This document shows positions 1 through 12,581 of a stretch of DNA of 64,000 nucleotides, piece after piece. Below the pieces are notes generated by a model. That model searched no databases. It was given only the letters and a program-made list of their open reading frames with translations, and was not told the DNA's origin. Location of the stretch: positions 69,814,001 through 69,878,000 of the forward strand of contig CM059438.1 in NCBI GenBank assembly GCA_030390025.1, given 5' to 3'. Made by a program: the position numbers and the translations under genes. Each line of letters begins with the position of its first letter. The first letter of the stretch is position 1. The stretch comes from Squalus acanthias. Its lineage: Eukaryota.

Positions 1-1690
1 GCCCTCTCAGGTAGAGAATTCCAATGATTCACAACCCTCTGAGTGAAGAAATATTTCCTCATCTCAGTCTAAATGGCCGACCCCCTTATCCTGAGACTAT
101 GCCCCCTAGTTCTAGATTCTCCAGCCAGGGGAAACAGCCTCTCAGCATCTACCCTGTCAAGCCCACTAGGAATCCGATATGTTTTAATGAGATCATCTCT
201 GATTCTTCGAGAGAGTATAGGCCTATTCTACTCAATCTCTCCTCATAGAACAACCTTCTCATCCCAGGAATCTATCTAGTGAACCTTTGTTGCACCTACT
301 GTAAGGCAAGTATCTCCTTCCTTAAATAAGGAGAACAAAACTATACACAGTACTCCAGGTGTGGTCTCACCAGAGCCCTTTCCAATTGCAGCAAGACGTC
401 CTTACTCTTGTACTCCAACCCCTTACATTAAAGGTCAGCATTTCCTAATTCCTTGCTGTACCTGCATATTAACTTTGTGTTTCATGTACAAGGACACCCA
501 ACTCCTTCTGAACACCAACATTTAATAGTTTCTCACCATTTCAAAATATTCTGTTTTTCTATTTTACCTACCAAAGTAAATAACCTCACATTTCCCCACA
601 TTATATTCCACCTGCCACCTTATTGCCTACTCACTTAACCTGTCGATATTCCTTTGCAGACTCTTTGTGTCCTCCTCACAGCTTACTTTCCCACTTATCT
701 TTGTATTGTCAGAAAACTTGGATACATTACACTCGGTCCCTTCATCTAAGTCATTAATATAGATTATAAATAGCTGAGGACCAAGCACTGATCCTTGCGG
801 CATCCTACTAGTTATATCCTGCCAACTGGAAAATGACCCGTTTAACCCTACTCTATGTTTTCTGTCCGTTAACCAATCCTCTATCCACACTGATATATTA
901 CCCCCAACCCCATGAGCCCTGAATCCTGTGCAACAACCTTTCATGTGGCACTTTATCGAATGCCTTTTGAATACCTATATTACATCCACTGGTTCCCCTT
1001 CATCTACCCTGCTAGTTACATCCTCAAAAAGCTCTTAATAGATTTGTCAAACATGATTTCCCTTTCATAAAACCATGTTGACTCTGCCTATTCATATTAT
1101 GATTTTCTAAGTGCCCTGTTACCACTTCCTTAATAATGGATTTCATCATTTCCCCAACAACTGATGTCAGGCTAACTGGCCTGTAGTTCCCTGATTTTTC
1201 TCTCCCTCCTTTCTTGAATAGTGGTGTTACATTTGCTACCTTCCAATCCACTGGGACTATTTCAGAATCAAAGGAATTTTGGAAGATCACTACCAATGCA
1301 TACACTATCTCTGCAGTCACCTCTTTTAGAACCCTCGGATGTAGGCCATCAGGTCCAGGGGATTTGTCGGCTTTTAGCCCTATTCATTTCTTCAGTACTT
1401 TTTCTTTACTAATATTAATTACGTTAAGTTCCTCACTCTCATTAGACCCTTTGCTCCCCACTATTTCTGGTACGTTTTTTGTGTCTTCTACTGTGAAGAC
1501 AGATACAAAATATTTGTTTAACGTCTCTGCCATTTCCTTATTCCCCATTATAATTTCTCCTGTTTCAGCCTCTACGGGACCCATGTTTACTTTCACTACT
1601 CTCTTCCTTTTTACATACTTGTATAGAAGCTCTTACAATCTGTTTTCATATTCCTTGCTAGTTTGCTCTCATATTCCATTTTCTCCCTCT
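1..1690 (-). mobile_element. CR1-clade LINE fragment (ORF2 RT region, frameshifted; 3' end runs off the window)
   Basis: Minus-strand ORFs carry CR1 RT motifs: DWKVANVTPLFKKGGREKSGNYRPVSLTSVVG, SQHGFMKGKSCLTNL, PQGSVLGPQLFIIYINDLD, SKFSDNTK. Confidence 0.92.
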
Positions 1691-1967
1691 ATCAACGATG
1701 GGCTGAATGGCCTCCTTCTGTGCTATATCATTCTGTGATTCTACGACTGCCTATTATCCTAATATTATTTAGCCTGGCCTTCAGTTGATTTCAGATGTGT
1801 TCATTATGCTTCACTTGATACAGAAAAGCTGGGTTATAGTTTCCAAAGTGAGTATTGATACCACTGTGTCAGCCGGTGAGTTGGAGGCAGGGCGGGACTT
1901 GCTTACAGGGCTTACAGCAATCAGTCTATTTTACAGCAAACAAAGTCTTATTTACTCAGCAAACAGA

Positions 1968-2861
1968 GGGGGAGAAATTCAGTATTGCCCCATTTGGGGC
2001 GCAATTATCGGCCGGGCGCAAAGATTAGCGCCTGGCGCTAATTATCGCCACCGACTGCAAACTTGACTTTTATCGCCCCTGGAGGTGAGTGGAGCGCTAA
2101 ATCAGGTGCTTCACACCTGTTTTAAGGCGCAAAGGCCGAGGAGCGAGGCGCTACCTCAGAGCGCTGGCGAAGCTCATGTAATGTCAGTCAGCAATGGAAC
2201 ACACACACAATGGCACGGGCCAGTTCTTAAAGGGGATGGTTAATCTTGCTTTCCATCCACATCCTGCTCATTGCAGCCTTGAATCTCGGCCTGGAGAGAC
2301 CTGCACATCAAATGTGCTGGAAAGAACAATGGAGAGTAGCAGGCAAAGAGCTCAGAGTGCAGCCCCCACAATCTCTGCTAAATCGATACAAGGAATGGCA
2401 AATCAAAATGAACCTGCAAAGTGCTGCTCAGTACCCAAAACTCCTTCACACAACGTTGAATCTCTCCAGAAGTCTCTCCCTCTCTCTCTCAGAATGCGTA
2501 GTTCAAAAATGGCACCAACAATAAAAGGCAGGAAGCGGTCACCTTTAAATAGCGCTCCCCCTTTCCCTTCATGACTGCAGAACGCTCCCCTCAACCTGTC
2601 GTTGCTAGCGTCAGGCGGTAAGGCAGGGGGCGCCACTCAATATCCGCTCCGGGGCGATACCGGGGCGTTGCACACTCGAGTGACGTCATGATCTGCCGGC
2701 GCAGGAGATCGTGGCGGTAGTGTTTAGCGCCGCCGCAAAATGTCTAGTTAATTTCGTGAGCGGCGCAAACTTCGCCGCGCCTGGGCGCTAGATGCTTTGC
2801 GCCCCATTAGCGCCCTCTTAAGGCGCTAACGGGAGACGAAACCAACTGAATTTTTCCCCCC
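1968..2861. mobile_element. GC-rich non-autonomous DNA transposon (PIF/Harbinger-like MITE)
   Basis: The left end GGGGGAGAAATTCAGT and right end ACTGAATTTTTCCCCCC are inverted repeats. Subterminal arms are CpG-rich with repeated GCGCC/GGCGC; no transposase. Confidence 0.7.
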
Positions 2862-4344
2862 TAGTCTATTTAAATAGTACACTACAGCAACAGTCTGTTC
2901 TTACAGCAGTGATTGACGGGAGAATTACTCAATCATCTCCATTCTGGCCGGGACGAGTGATGTCATTACATGCAGCCCTTTCTTGCACTCTGCAGCTGCA
3001 TCAGCTTTCAGTGGTTCTTGTTGGGTATTACACTATCATGCTTGGTGCTTCTCGAGGTGACCTTGTGCTGTCTCTAGGAGCAGGTGTGATTTCCATGTGT
3101 ACGCTGCAGGATATTTGTATACAGCTTGCGATAAATATGACATTGTTCAGTGCAGAACACTGAGGAGGCTGCATTAAAATAAATTTCAAGTTGCAGCTAT
3201 GGAAAGCAATTTTAGCTCGTAAAGCATTTAACATTTGACAGCAACTTCAGTCCTTGGACTCCATGGAGCTAATTGATAGGAACAAATATCAAAACATGCA
3301 AAGAAACCAATGAATGAGTAGGACAATATGACCCACCAAGTACAGTACTTCTACAGATCCATTTATAATCTACACAGTCGAGGACACTACCCCACCTGTT
3401 TAATCTGCTCCAGAAAGGTAGTCCATAAATACTTCCTGATGCCCAGAGGTGATCAAACAAAACTCTTTTAACCCACCTCTCATCTTTTCAGTCCTGGCTG
3501 GCGGTACTCAGAGCAATTCAGCACCTTTGTTAAACGTCACATTTCAGGTGGGACATTTTCTTCACAAATCTTCGGAAGCGGGGTTTCCCTCCAGCTGTTT
3601 ATCTTCATTTCACTGTCGGTTTCTGACTGACTTGCTGTACATTTTCACCATTTTCTATTTTTATTCATGGTATTTTCTCTTTTGTGTCTCGGTACAGATC
3701 TCTGCCTTTGATCTAATTATGGCACTGGCAAAGCTGTCATTTCAAGTTAAAATGGGAATATAATCTCCCTTGCCACAATTGCTTAAAACTGCTCCAGAAC
3801 TAAGCAAAAAATAGATACGATCTAATCTTTCTGTTAAGTCGCATTCACACAGCAAATTCAATTACTTGTGTCTGGGGGTAATTCACTAATTATAGCTTGG
3901 GGCATTAGTGGAACAATTTAATAGTTGGAGTGTAAAATCTACCAGGAAGATGAGTAGAAAGTCAGTACACTTAAGTGGGATTAGAGGGTAAAACTGCCTA
4001 AAGATCTCTGTAAAATGTCGTCCCTAGTGAGCCATTTACTGCCTGAATATGTTGCTGTTGGGGAACATTGCTGGTCTTTTACCTTGGAGCTTAATGTGTT
4101 GGAGTGTGAATTGGGCTTTAGTGTCATTTAGAAACAAAGTCTCACCATTGGGATCCCTTTTAAACATAAGACAGTTGCAAATTATTAGTTAGCTGTAGTC
4201 TCCTGTGCCTTGTGGCACGTGGATCAACCCATTTCTTCCACTGCCATCTGTCCAAAGCAAGATATTTGACTCCAGTGGAGTATCATCTTGCTTTACATCC
4301 AGCAGATCGTGATTTTCCACAGTTGATGTTGAAATTTGCAAGTC

Positions 4345-4965
4345 TGAAACATAGGAACGGGAATAGGACACTCGAATTTGCGGTCGAAGTGCGCAGTCCC
4401 TTTAAATTTGCTGTGCGGTATCTTCCAACGGCAGCAGCTGGCGAGCGGCCTGCGCGAGACCTCCCAATCCGGCTGCGCACCTTAGGGGGAACATTGGAGT
4501 AGGCCATTCAGCCACTTGAACCTATTCCATCTTCTATTTGATCATGGCTGATCTGTACCTCAACTCCATTTACCTGACTTTGCTCCATATCCCTTTCCTA
4601 ACAAAATATGTCAATGGATCGCGTTCTTTTAAACTTTCATTTGACTCAGCATCCACAGTCTTCACAGGGGGAGAGATTTCCACTACGCTTTGTGTGAAAA
4701 ATTGCTTCCTATTTTCACTCCTAAATGCCTAAATGCCCTCATTCTATTTTTAAGATTGTGCCAGCTTGTTCTGGATTCCCCCACCAGGGAAAATAGTTTC
4801 TCTGTGTCTACCTTACCGAAACCCTTTATCATTTTAAAGACCTTGATTAGATCACCCCTTACCTTCTAAACTCAAGGGAGTACAAGCCAAATTTATGCAA
4901 CCTGTCCTCATAATTTAACCCTTTAAGCCTCTGTAGTAAGCTGGTGAATCTGTGCTGTACCTCCT
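4345..4965 (-). mobile_element. CR1 LINE 3' fragment (degenerate), tail interrupted by a small MITE
   Basis: Has the tail ACATAGGAA..GGAGTAGGCCATTCAGCC and similarity to the CR1 copy at 10628-11250. Confidence 0.8.
4369..4496. mobile_element. hAT-like MITE, left end damaged
   Basis: Shares GGCAGCAGCTGGCGAGCGGCCTGCG...CCTTAG(A/G)GGGAACATT with 40794-40931. Confidence 0.7.
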
Positions 4966-4974
4966 CTGTAACTG

Positions 4975-5200
4975 ATTTGTCCTGTTTCTGGGCTGTTTCC
5001 ATAACAACGGCCATTGTTACATTGACAGGTCATTAGCTTGACTCACAACTCCTTACCAGGAGACCCGGTGGACTGCATTTAATCTGGCTCCTGCCTTTCG
5101 ACCTGTCTGGCTTGGGTAGCCCTACCAGGAGTTATACTCCTGCCAGCATAGCTCTCAGGGTCATAAGAGCACGCAAGCCTTCCCAACACGTCAACGGGCA
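4975..5200 (-). mobile_element. Isolated RTE-clade LINE 5' UTR-like segment (structured RNA candidate)
   Basis: The minus strand reads GGCTTGCGTGCTCTTATGACCCTGAGAGCTATGCTGGCAGGAG..CTCCTGGTAGGGCTACCCAAGCCAGACAGGTC..GGAGCCAGA..TGTTATGGAAAC, matching my recollection of RTE/Expander/BovB 5' ends. No ORF follows. Confidence 0.65.
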
Positions 5201-6344
5201 GTGCATTCAGAAAGTACAAATGATTAGGACTAACATTAATGTAATTTGGTGGTGCTGTGACCATTTTCCTCTTTTTTTCATGAATTTATGTTAACATTGG
5301 GGGAACAACTAGAGTCATTGACAGTCAGTGACTGAATTAGCATTTGCAGAAATGATTCAGCAGTCGTGTTACTGATGATCTAGACCACTGAATGTTGGGT
5401 TCAGTGACCACCTCATGCTAGTACCCTCTAAGATGTGGTCAGCACTAAATGTTAAACAAAACATTTAATATTGACAAATGGGCATAAAAAAATCATCCAT
5501 CACTATTTTCTACAAGTTAATTTTGAAAAAGTGTCTGACAGTCAGACTCTAATATGAGGATGGATGTAGTAGGCTCTCTGACACATCTGTTACAATGGCA
5601 GATTAGCACGGGAGATGAGTGAAACTGGCCAAGTTGAACAGATGCTCCTGTAAAAATTCAAAACATATTTTTAAACGGGGGTTAAAAAAAACCCTCAGGA
5701 TGTAGGAATACACAGCATCATTCAGCACATCTCTTATCTGATCAATGTAAATAAGCATATTGATTTGCTTCAGTTGAAGTCTTGAATGTGGGAGAAGAAC
5801 CACTATTCATGCAGCAAGATGGTCCAGGTTTTCAACGGTAGCTGTTTTCCCAGCAAAATTGGAGCCGTATATGATAAAGTATTGTGGATAATAACACCAA
5901 GGTATTTCAATTGAGCTAACTTTAAAAAAAGATGGAAAATATAGCTTCCCTCACCCTAAAAATTAATGATCTTTTGTCCTTCAGTTTGACATTCTTTGTC
6001 TGTAAAGAATTTCACATTGAATTGATAAGATGGATGCTATTGTATCAAAAATAATGGTCCTAATACAGTTTAAGTGAAAAAAAATATAAGCAATATACTG
6101 TAGCTTGTACTCTGCCTGAGAAGCTAGATAGGTCTGTCTTGTTTGTGTGACAGTATTTACAGAGGATAAATGAGAACCATTGTGAGGTATGGACTGGAAG
6201 GACATTTTGCAGGCAGCTCAGAATTCTTACACAATAAACTCAACCCCATTACTGTGTAAGCAATTCTTTTTGCTTTACTTCTGTGTTATTTTACCAGCAA
6301 ATAAATAAATAAATGGATTAAACTGGTGTTTCTAGTCTAGAGCT

Positions 6345-7655
6345 ATATCATAGATATAATTAGAGCATTCTTTGTCAAATCCACTGTTCTTCTATCTACA
6401 TCCACTCCCCTGCTCTTTCCACACAGCACTGTAAATTGTTTCCCTTCAAGTATTTATCTAATTCTCTTTTGAAAGTTAGCATTGAATCTGCTTTCATACC
6501 ATATTTTCAGGCAGCGCATTCCAGATCATAACAACTCACTGGGTTAATTTTTTTCCCCTCATCTTGCCTCTGGTTCTTTTACCTTAATTCTGTGTCCTCT
6601 GGTTACAGATCCTTCTGCCACTGGAAACAGTTTCTCCTTTCTTTTATTTGTTTATGGGATGTGGGTGTCGCTGGCAAGGCCAGCATTTATTGCCAATCCC
6701 TAATTGCCCTTGAGAAGGTGGTGGTGAGCCGCCTTGAACGCTGCAGTCCATGTGCTGAGGGTACTCCCACAGTGCTGTTAGGAAGGGAGTTCCAGGACCC
6801 AGCGACGATGAAGGATCGGCGATACACTTCTAAGTCAGGATGGTGTGTGACTTGGATGGGAACTTGGAGGTGGTGGTGTTCCCATGTGCCTGCTGCCCTT
6901 GTCCTTCTAGGTGGAAGAGGTCACGGGTTTGGGAGGTGCTGCCAAAGAAGCCTTGGCGAGTTGCTGCAGTGCATCTTGTAGATGGTACACACTGCAGCCA
7001 CGGTGCACCGGTGGTGGAGGGAGTGAATGTTTATGGTGCTGGATGGGGTGCCAATCAAGCGGGCTGCTTTGTCCTGTATGGTGTCGAGCTTCTTGAGTGT
7101 TGTTGGAGCTGCACTCATCCAGGCAAGTGGAGAGTATTCCATCAGACTCCTTACTTGTGCCTTGTAGATGGTGGAAAGGCTTTGGGGAGTCAGGAGGTGA
7201 GACACTCACCGCAGAATACCTAGCCTCTGACCTGCTCTTGTTGCCACAGTATTTATGTGGCTGGTCCAGTTACGTTTCTGGTCAATGGTGACCCCCAGGA
7301 TGTTCATGGTGGGGGATTTGGCGATGGTAATGCCGTTGAATGTCAAGGGGCGGTGGTTAGACTCTCGCTTGTTGGAGATAGTCATTGCCTGGCATTTCAG
7401 TGGCGCGAATGTTACCTGCCACTTATCAGTCCAAGCCTGAATGTCGTCCAGGTCTTACTCATGATTTTGAACACCTCTATTAAATCTCCTCTTAATCTTT
7501 TCATGCGCTAAGGAGAACAACCCCAGTTTCTCTAGTCTCTCCATGTAACTGAAGTCTCTAATTTCTGGTATCATTCTAGTAAATCTCCTCTGCACCCTCT
7601 CCAGGGCCTTGACATCCTTCCTAAAGTGTGGTGCCCAGCTGGGGCCTAACTAGTG
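6345..7655 (-). mobile_element. CR1 LINE 3' fragment split by a second LINE inserted at ~6640-7457
   Basis: CR1 3' sequence stops at GGAAACAGTTTCTCC (~6637) and resumes at CTCATGATTTTGAACACCTCTATTAAATCTCC (~7458). Confidence 0.8.
6640..7457 (-). mobile_element. 3' fragment of a second APE-RT LINE family (CR1/L2 superclade)
   Basis: ORF contains HLLTPQSLSTIYKAQVRSLMEYSPLAW..LDTIQDKAARLI. Its tail GGGCAATTAGGGATTGGCAATAAATGCTGGCCTTGCCAGCGACACCCACATCCC matches the copy ending near 58650. Confidence 0.88.
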
Positions 7656-7656
7656 A

Positions 7657-7896
7657 ACAGAGCTGTCAAACGCTGATATTTCATCTGTCAAAAGCTCTTG
7701 ACAGATGAAATGTCAATCTGTGACGTCACCTGTTGCCGGGTGGCCCTTAATTGGCCTGCTGAGCCCACTGGGCGGGCTCAACAAGGTCAATCAAGGGAAA
7801 ATACAGTGGGTTGGCCACATCTCGATGGAGGCGGGTTTACAAGCCAAAATGTGTGATTCACGACACCAACCTGACCCCAGTTTCAAAATCCAGCCC
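7657..7896. mobile_element. Harbinger-like MITE fragment (one end)
   Basis: Ends in CAAAATCCAGCCC, the same terminus as 34218-34946. Contains the internal hairpin CATCTGTCAA..TTGACAGATG. Confidence 0.6.
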
Positions 7897-7915
7897 TCTG
7901 CCTCTGTTTACATAA

Positions 7916-8129
7916 TGCGGAGATGCCGGTGTTGGACTGGGGTGGACAAAATTGAGAGGTCGCACAACACCAGGTTATAGTCCAACAGTTTTATTTGAAA
8001 TCACAAGCTTTCGGAGCTATCGATTTGCTCCTTCCTCAGGTGAGGAAGGAGCAAATCGATAGCTCCGAAAGCTTGTGATTTCAAATAAAACTGTTGGACT
8101 ATAACCTGGTGTTGTGCGACCTCTCAATT
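7916..8129 (-). mobile_element. Penelope-like non-coding fold-back insertion (perfect 89 bp inverted arms)
   Basis: Arms 7950-8038 and 8041-8129 are exact reverse complements with a 2 nt spacer. There is a 34 nt unpaired extension (7916-7949) and a direct repeat CTGTTTACATAA at 7904-7915 and 8130-8141. Confidence 0.85.
8001..8043 (-). ncRNA. Minimal type I hammerhead ribozyme motif (family B)
   Basis: Minus strand: UCAC-CUGAGGA-A-GGAGC(AAAUCGAUA)GCUCC-GAAAGCUU-GUGA. Core boxes, stem II, palindromic stem III (AAGCUU) and stem I are all present. Confidence 0.7.
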
Positions 8130-8800
8130 CTGTTTACATAACCAAGGATCCTGTATTTTTTTTTTAAACAGCCTTCTCAACTTGTCCTGCCACCTTCAAA
8201 GATTTTTGTACATACACCTCTCTGTTCCTGCATCCCCTTTAAAATTGTACCACTTAGTTTATATTTCATTTTCCATGTGTCTGGCCATTATACCAGCCTA
8301 GGTCCTCCTGAAGTCTGTTACTGTCCTCCTCACTGTTTACTACATTCATAAGTTTTGTTTCCTCTGCAAACTTTGAAATTGTGCCCTGTATATGCAAGTC
8401 CAGGTCATTACTATATATCAAAAGGTGCAGTGGTCCTAATACCGACCGAAATGGGGAACACCACTGTATATTTCCCTCCAGTCTGATAAACAACCGTTCA
8501 CCACTGCTCTCTGCTTTCTCTCTCAACTAATTTTGTATCCACATTGCCACTGTCCCTTTAATCCCATGGGCTTCAATTTTGCTAACAAGTCTATTGTGTG
8601 ATACTTTATCAAACACCTGTTGAAAGTACATGTACACAACATCAACCATACTACCTTCATCAGCCCTCTCCGTTACTTCATCAAAGAACTCAATCAAGTT
8701 AGCCAAACACGATTCGCCTTTAAAAAATCCGTACTGGCTGTCATTTATCAACCCATATTTTTGCAAGTGACAGTTAATTTTATCTCAAATTATTGTCTCA
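8130..8800 (-). mobile_element. CR1 LINE RT fragment
   Basis: ORFs contain SQYGFFKGESCLANLIEFFDEVT..VDVVYMYFQQVFDKVSHNRL and SVLGPLHLLIYSNDLD..SKFAEETKL. Confidence 0.88.
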
Positions 8801-9809
8801 ACGCAGATGGCTTGCTTTGTCCTGAAATCAATCAAATTAAGCTAAAATGCTGGCCAATATGTGTAAAAGGATTGGTGTTTCGCATCTGGGTGGAGTTCTG
8901 GAAACCGTCCATTAATGTGGTAAACTTAGTTCAATTATGGAAGACAACTTTCGATTTCCTGTATCCCAGTTTACAACTTCCAAGGGTGCAAGAGGTTTAT
9001 CCCAGGCAATGTGCTCCCAGCTCGTCCGCTCTTCTTATATCGGTGAACTGCAGCGTGTGTGAAGGTGGTTTCGTAGAGCTCCGTGAATCATTAAGAATCC
9101 CTATGTAGATAAGTTACAGTACAGATGGTAATCCAGGTTTCGTATTATCAGTAGAGTTAGGGGATTATCATGGATTTTTTATTCTGTTTAATTCTATAAT
9201 AATAGTGCATGCTGCTGTATTGTCCCTTGCTGCGGCTCATTTATTTTACTACAAACAAAGCACCAGGAATGTTCAATCTTCCATTATCGGAAAACTGGGA
9301 GAACATGAGAGCACTTGGGTCAATTCCAGAAAGCGATTACAGTAACAACCGTTTCTGTTCAACCACTAGGTAATGCTACATTGCCAGTTATTGTGCGTAT
9401 AAAGACAAACTCCAGTTCAGAGGGGAAAAGGGCTCGCTAGCGGGAGTGGTCATTTGCACTGAACAAAAGAAATCTGAGAAGCTTAAAATAAACAAGGACT
9501 CGGGACTTTTCATGAAGTTACTGTACTTCATTATTAAGTAACTAAATAGTATGCAAAGTTTTGTGCTGTTAAATTAAGAAAATATTTCTGATTTTCTCCT
9601 TTCAGTCAGTTTTTTTTAATTCTCTGAATCACTAGAATATTGGAATTACACAGGATCTATTTTAAATGTTACTTTTTTCCCCTCCTGGATATATTCCCTT
9701 AACAGCTCCTACCAGACGAAGCGCTTCACCGTCAAAGGAATAAAGCAGGAGGCTACCATGAATAGTATTCTGGCTGCCAGTAGGAGATAGGTGACAATAT
9801 CTTAATAAA

Positions 9810-10110
9810 CCAAAACTAGGGTCATAAATATAAGATAGTCAATAATAAATCCAATAGGTAATTCAGGAGAAACTTCTTTAACCAGAGAGTAGTTAGAATG
9901 TGGAACTTGCCACCACAAGGTGTTTTTGAGGCAAATAGCATAGATGCATTTAAGGGGAAGCTAGATAAACACACGAGGAAGAAAGGAATAGAAGATTATG
10001 CTAATCTGGTCAGATGAAGAAGGATGAGGTGAAGCTCATGTGGAGCATGAACATTGACATGGTCCCGTTGTGGCAAATGGCCTGTTTCTGTGCCTATGTA
10101 ATTCTATATA
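9810..10110 (+). mobile_element. CR1 LINE 3' end (degenerate)
   Basis: Contains AGGAGAAACTTCTTTAACCAGAGAGTAGTTAGAATGTGGAAC (RRNFFxQRVVRMWN) and an AATGGCCTGTTTCTGTG tail. Confidence 0.78.
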
Positions 10111-10627
10111 AGCATTTAAATCTGATTCCTCACCTCCCCAAACCTTGCTCTCAGTCAACATACCTCTCTACTCAAATAAAAAAATGTCAAACGGAACTAT
10201 TGTTCCACCACTCAGTGACCCTATGTATTGGCGATCCAATATGACGTTACAACAATGACACTTGAAGTTCTGTTCCATCATGAAAAATTGGAACCCTCTG
10301 CCATGTCTCTGACAGGACTGCCCTCATCGAGCGGGAAGTCACTGGATGAAAGAAATTGCATACAGTGTGAAGTAAGTATACGTAGTGTGACCATTAATCC
10401 AGGTCCAAATCCACAAGGAAAGTCGCAGCCTTTCCTGCTCTGGGTTCCCCCACCCCCATTTCTGTGCAGCGACGCCCTCCCGGAACCCCTTTTCTGCCAC
10501 TTAACTCGAAGCTGGTAGGCAGCCAGGAGCCATCCGATCTATGCTTGCCAGTGGCCGCTCTGCACCCTCTTCATGCCCGTTCCAGGCGGGAAGTGGATCC
10601 AGCTGAATGTAAATAAGACCAGACACT

Positions 10628-11250
10628 TAAGAACATAAGAAATAGGAGCAGGAGTAGGCCATTTGGCTCTTCAAGCCTGCTCCGCCATTCAGTAAGATCA
10701 TGACTGATCTTCTACCTCATCTCCACTTACCTGCACTATCCCCATATCCCTTGATTCCCTTAATATTCAAAAAGCTATCGATCTCAGTCTTGAATATACT
10801 CAACGACTGAGCTTCCACAGCCCTCTGGGGTAGAGAATTCCAAAGATTCACCGCCCTCTGAGTGAAGAAATTTCTCCTCATCTCAATCCTAAATGGCCGA
10901 CCCCTGAGACTGAGACTGTGACCCCTGGTTCTAGACTCCCCAGCTAGGGGAAACATCCTCCCTGCATCTACCCTGTCAAGTCCTGTAAGAATTGTATATC
11001 TTTCAATGAGATCACTTCTCATTCTTCTAAACTCTAGAGAATATAGGCCTAGTCTACTCAATCTCTCCTCCTAGGTCACTCCCCCCATCCCAGGAACCAG
11101 TCTGGTGAACCTTCGTTGCACTCCCTCTATGGCAAGTATATCCTTCCTTAGGTAGGGAGACCAAAACTGTACACCATACTCCAGTTGTGGTCTCACCAGG
11201 GCCCTATATAATTGCAGTAAGACGTCTTTGCTCTTATACTCAAATCCTTA
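10628..11250 (-). mobile_element. CR1 LINE 3' ~600 bp
   Basis: ORF contains LGLYSLEFRRMRSDLIE..TRGHSL..RRNFFTQRAVNLWNSLP; tail AGAACATAAGAAATAGGAGCAGGAGTAGGCCATT. Confidence 0.92.
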
Positions 11251-12520
11251 AAATCGCCATGGCCTCCTGCTGCTTCTGCCGGGCGGGTACTGCCTCCAGA
11301 AACCCACTCCGTGGTAAAAGCCACCCCTCACTGTCTGTGACTGAATCTATTGGGCAACCACTACTGCATAAGTCAGGAGTCTGCATGATGGAGTTTCGAA
11401 AATAACAGGAACTCTTGTTAATTTGTTCTGGACTCTAATAAACCTAGCTGTGATTAATTTATTGTTCAAGGTTGGACTTTATTGAGTCCTTCAACAAGTT
11501 CAAAATAAAAACACTGCATCAGAGGCTTTTTTTTATTATTGAGCTTGACATTGCATGACGCAAGAGGATTGTAAACATTCTAACAGAAATACTCTGGGAT
11601 TTTACAGTGATACAATCAAGAAGGGCACCGTAACTGCAAAATTGAGGTCATTTTTTCATGAGTGAAGTGTTTTTATTTTTGAACACAACAATAAATCATG
11701 ATTTGAAGAAAAAATAAGTCCAATTTCTGTCTTTTATATAATGAATTTAAATCAGAACCACATGATTTGAATTGCCCGTTCCAAATGTGCCAAGTTGTGT
11801 CATATAAACGGTGACATTGTCAATCATTATCTTGGTCAGTTTAAAAACTGCAGATGAGATCAGTTGAGAACAAGTAAGTGAAAGAAGCCCAACATTAAAA
11901 AGGATTCTGAGAGGTTGAATTGTGAAACTGGAAAATGTCATGGTTAAACAGCAAAATTGAAAGAAAACAGGATATTGGCAGCACTGGTTCCTGAATGAAA
12001 TACATCGTAGTCTGATCCATGGTCTCTGCGTCAATCCATCCTTTGAAATCTTTCCAGTGCCTGGTTTGAAGACAGAGCTGTCAAGCATGCAGGGTTCTTC
12101 AAAACAGATAAGACTAAAAGCAGCTGGCAGTAAAAAGGAAAGAACTTGTAGACCACAGATCAACCTTCGGAAAGTAGGTAGATATGCTAATTCAGTATTG
12201 CATTTAAGAAACAAGCTTTCCAGATGAATAGTTTGTGGGAAAACGCCATTCTCCTAAAGTAAAATGCAAAAAGAAAATTGATAGAAGAGAGACTAAAATC
12301 CATGATATTGGACCTGAATGATCCTGCAAAGGTGGGAGGGAGAGTCTCTGCAGTGACTCCAGTACTTACAGTATGATAGTCAGATCATCTGGTGACTGTC
12401 AAAATGGTAGGTTGTTCAGTGGTCAGTCTTGCTGCTTCAGTGGCTCAAGCATCTCTGACTGAGTGTCGTGCAAATTTGGAACTATCAAATCTTTAAGCTG
12501 TCTGCATTCTTTCCACACAA

Positions 12521-12581
12521 GGTCCGATGCTTCGAACCAGTTACTATACCTGGTCCGATGCTTCGAACCAGCTCTATACCT
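12521..12581. repeat. Two-copy ~31 bp tandem duplication
   Basis: GGTCCGATGCTTCGAACCAG(TTA/CT)CTATACCT occurs twice. Confidence 0.9.

Noticed and set aside
1968..2861. CpG island or host gene promoter
   Set aside because: The CpG-rich tract is bounded by terminal inverted repeats and is better explained as a MITE.
10316..10371. Small plus-strand exon ending at GAA|GTAAGT
   Set aside because: Weak polypyrimidine tract, unrecognisable peptide, no neighbouring exons.
12521..12581. Direct repeat as a CRISPR array
   Set aside because: Only two adjacent units, no unique spacers, no cas genes, and the context is vertebrate.
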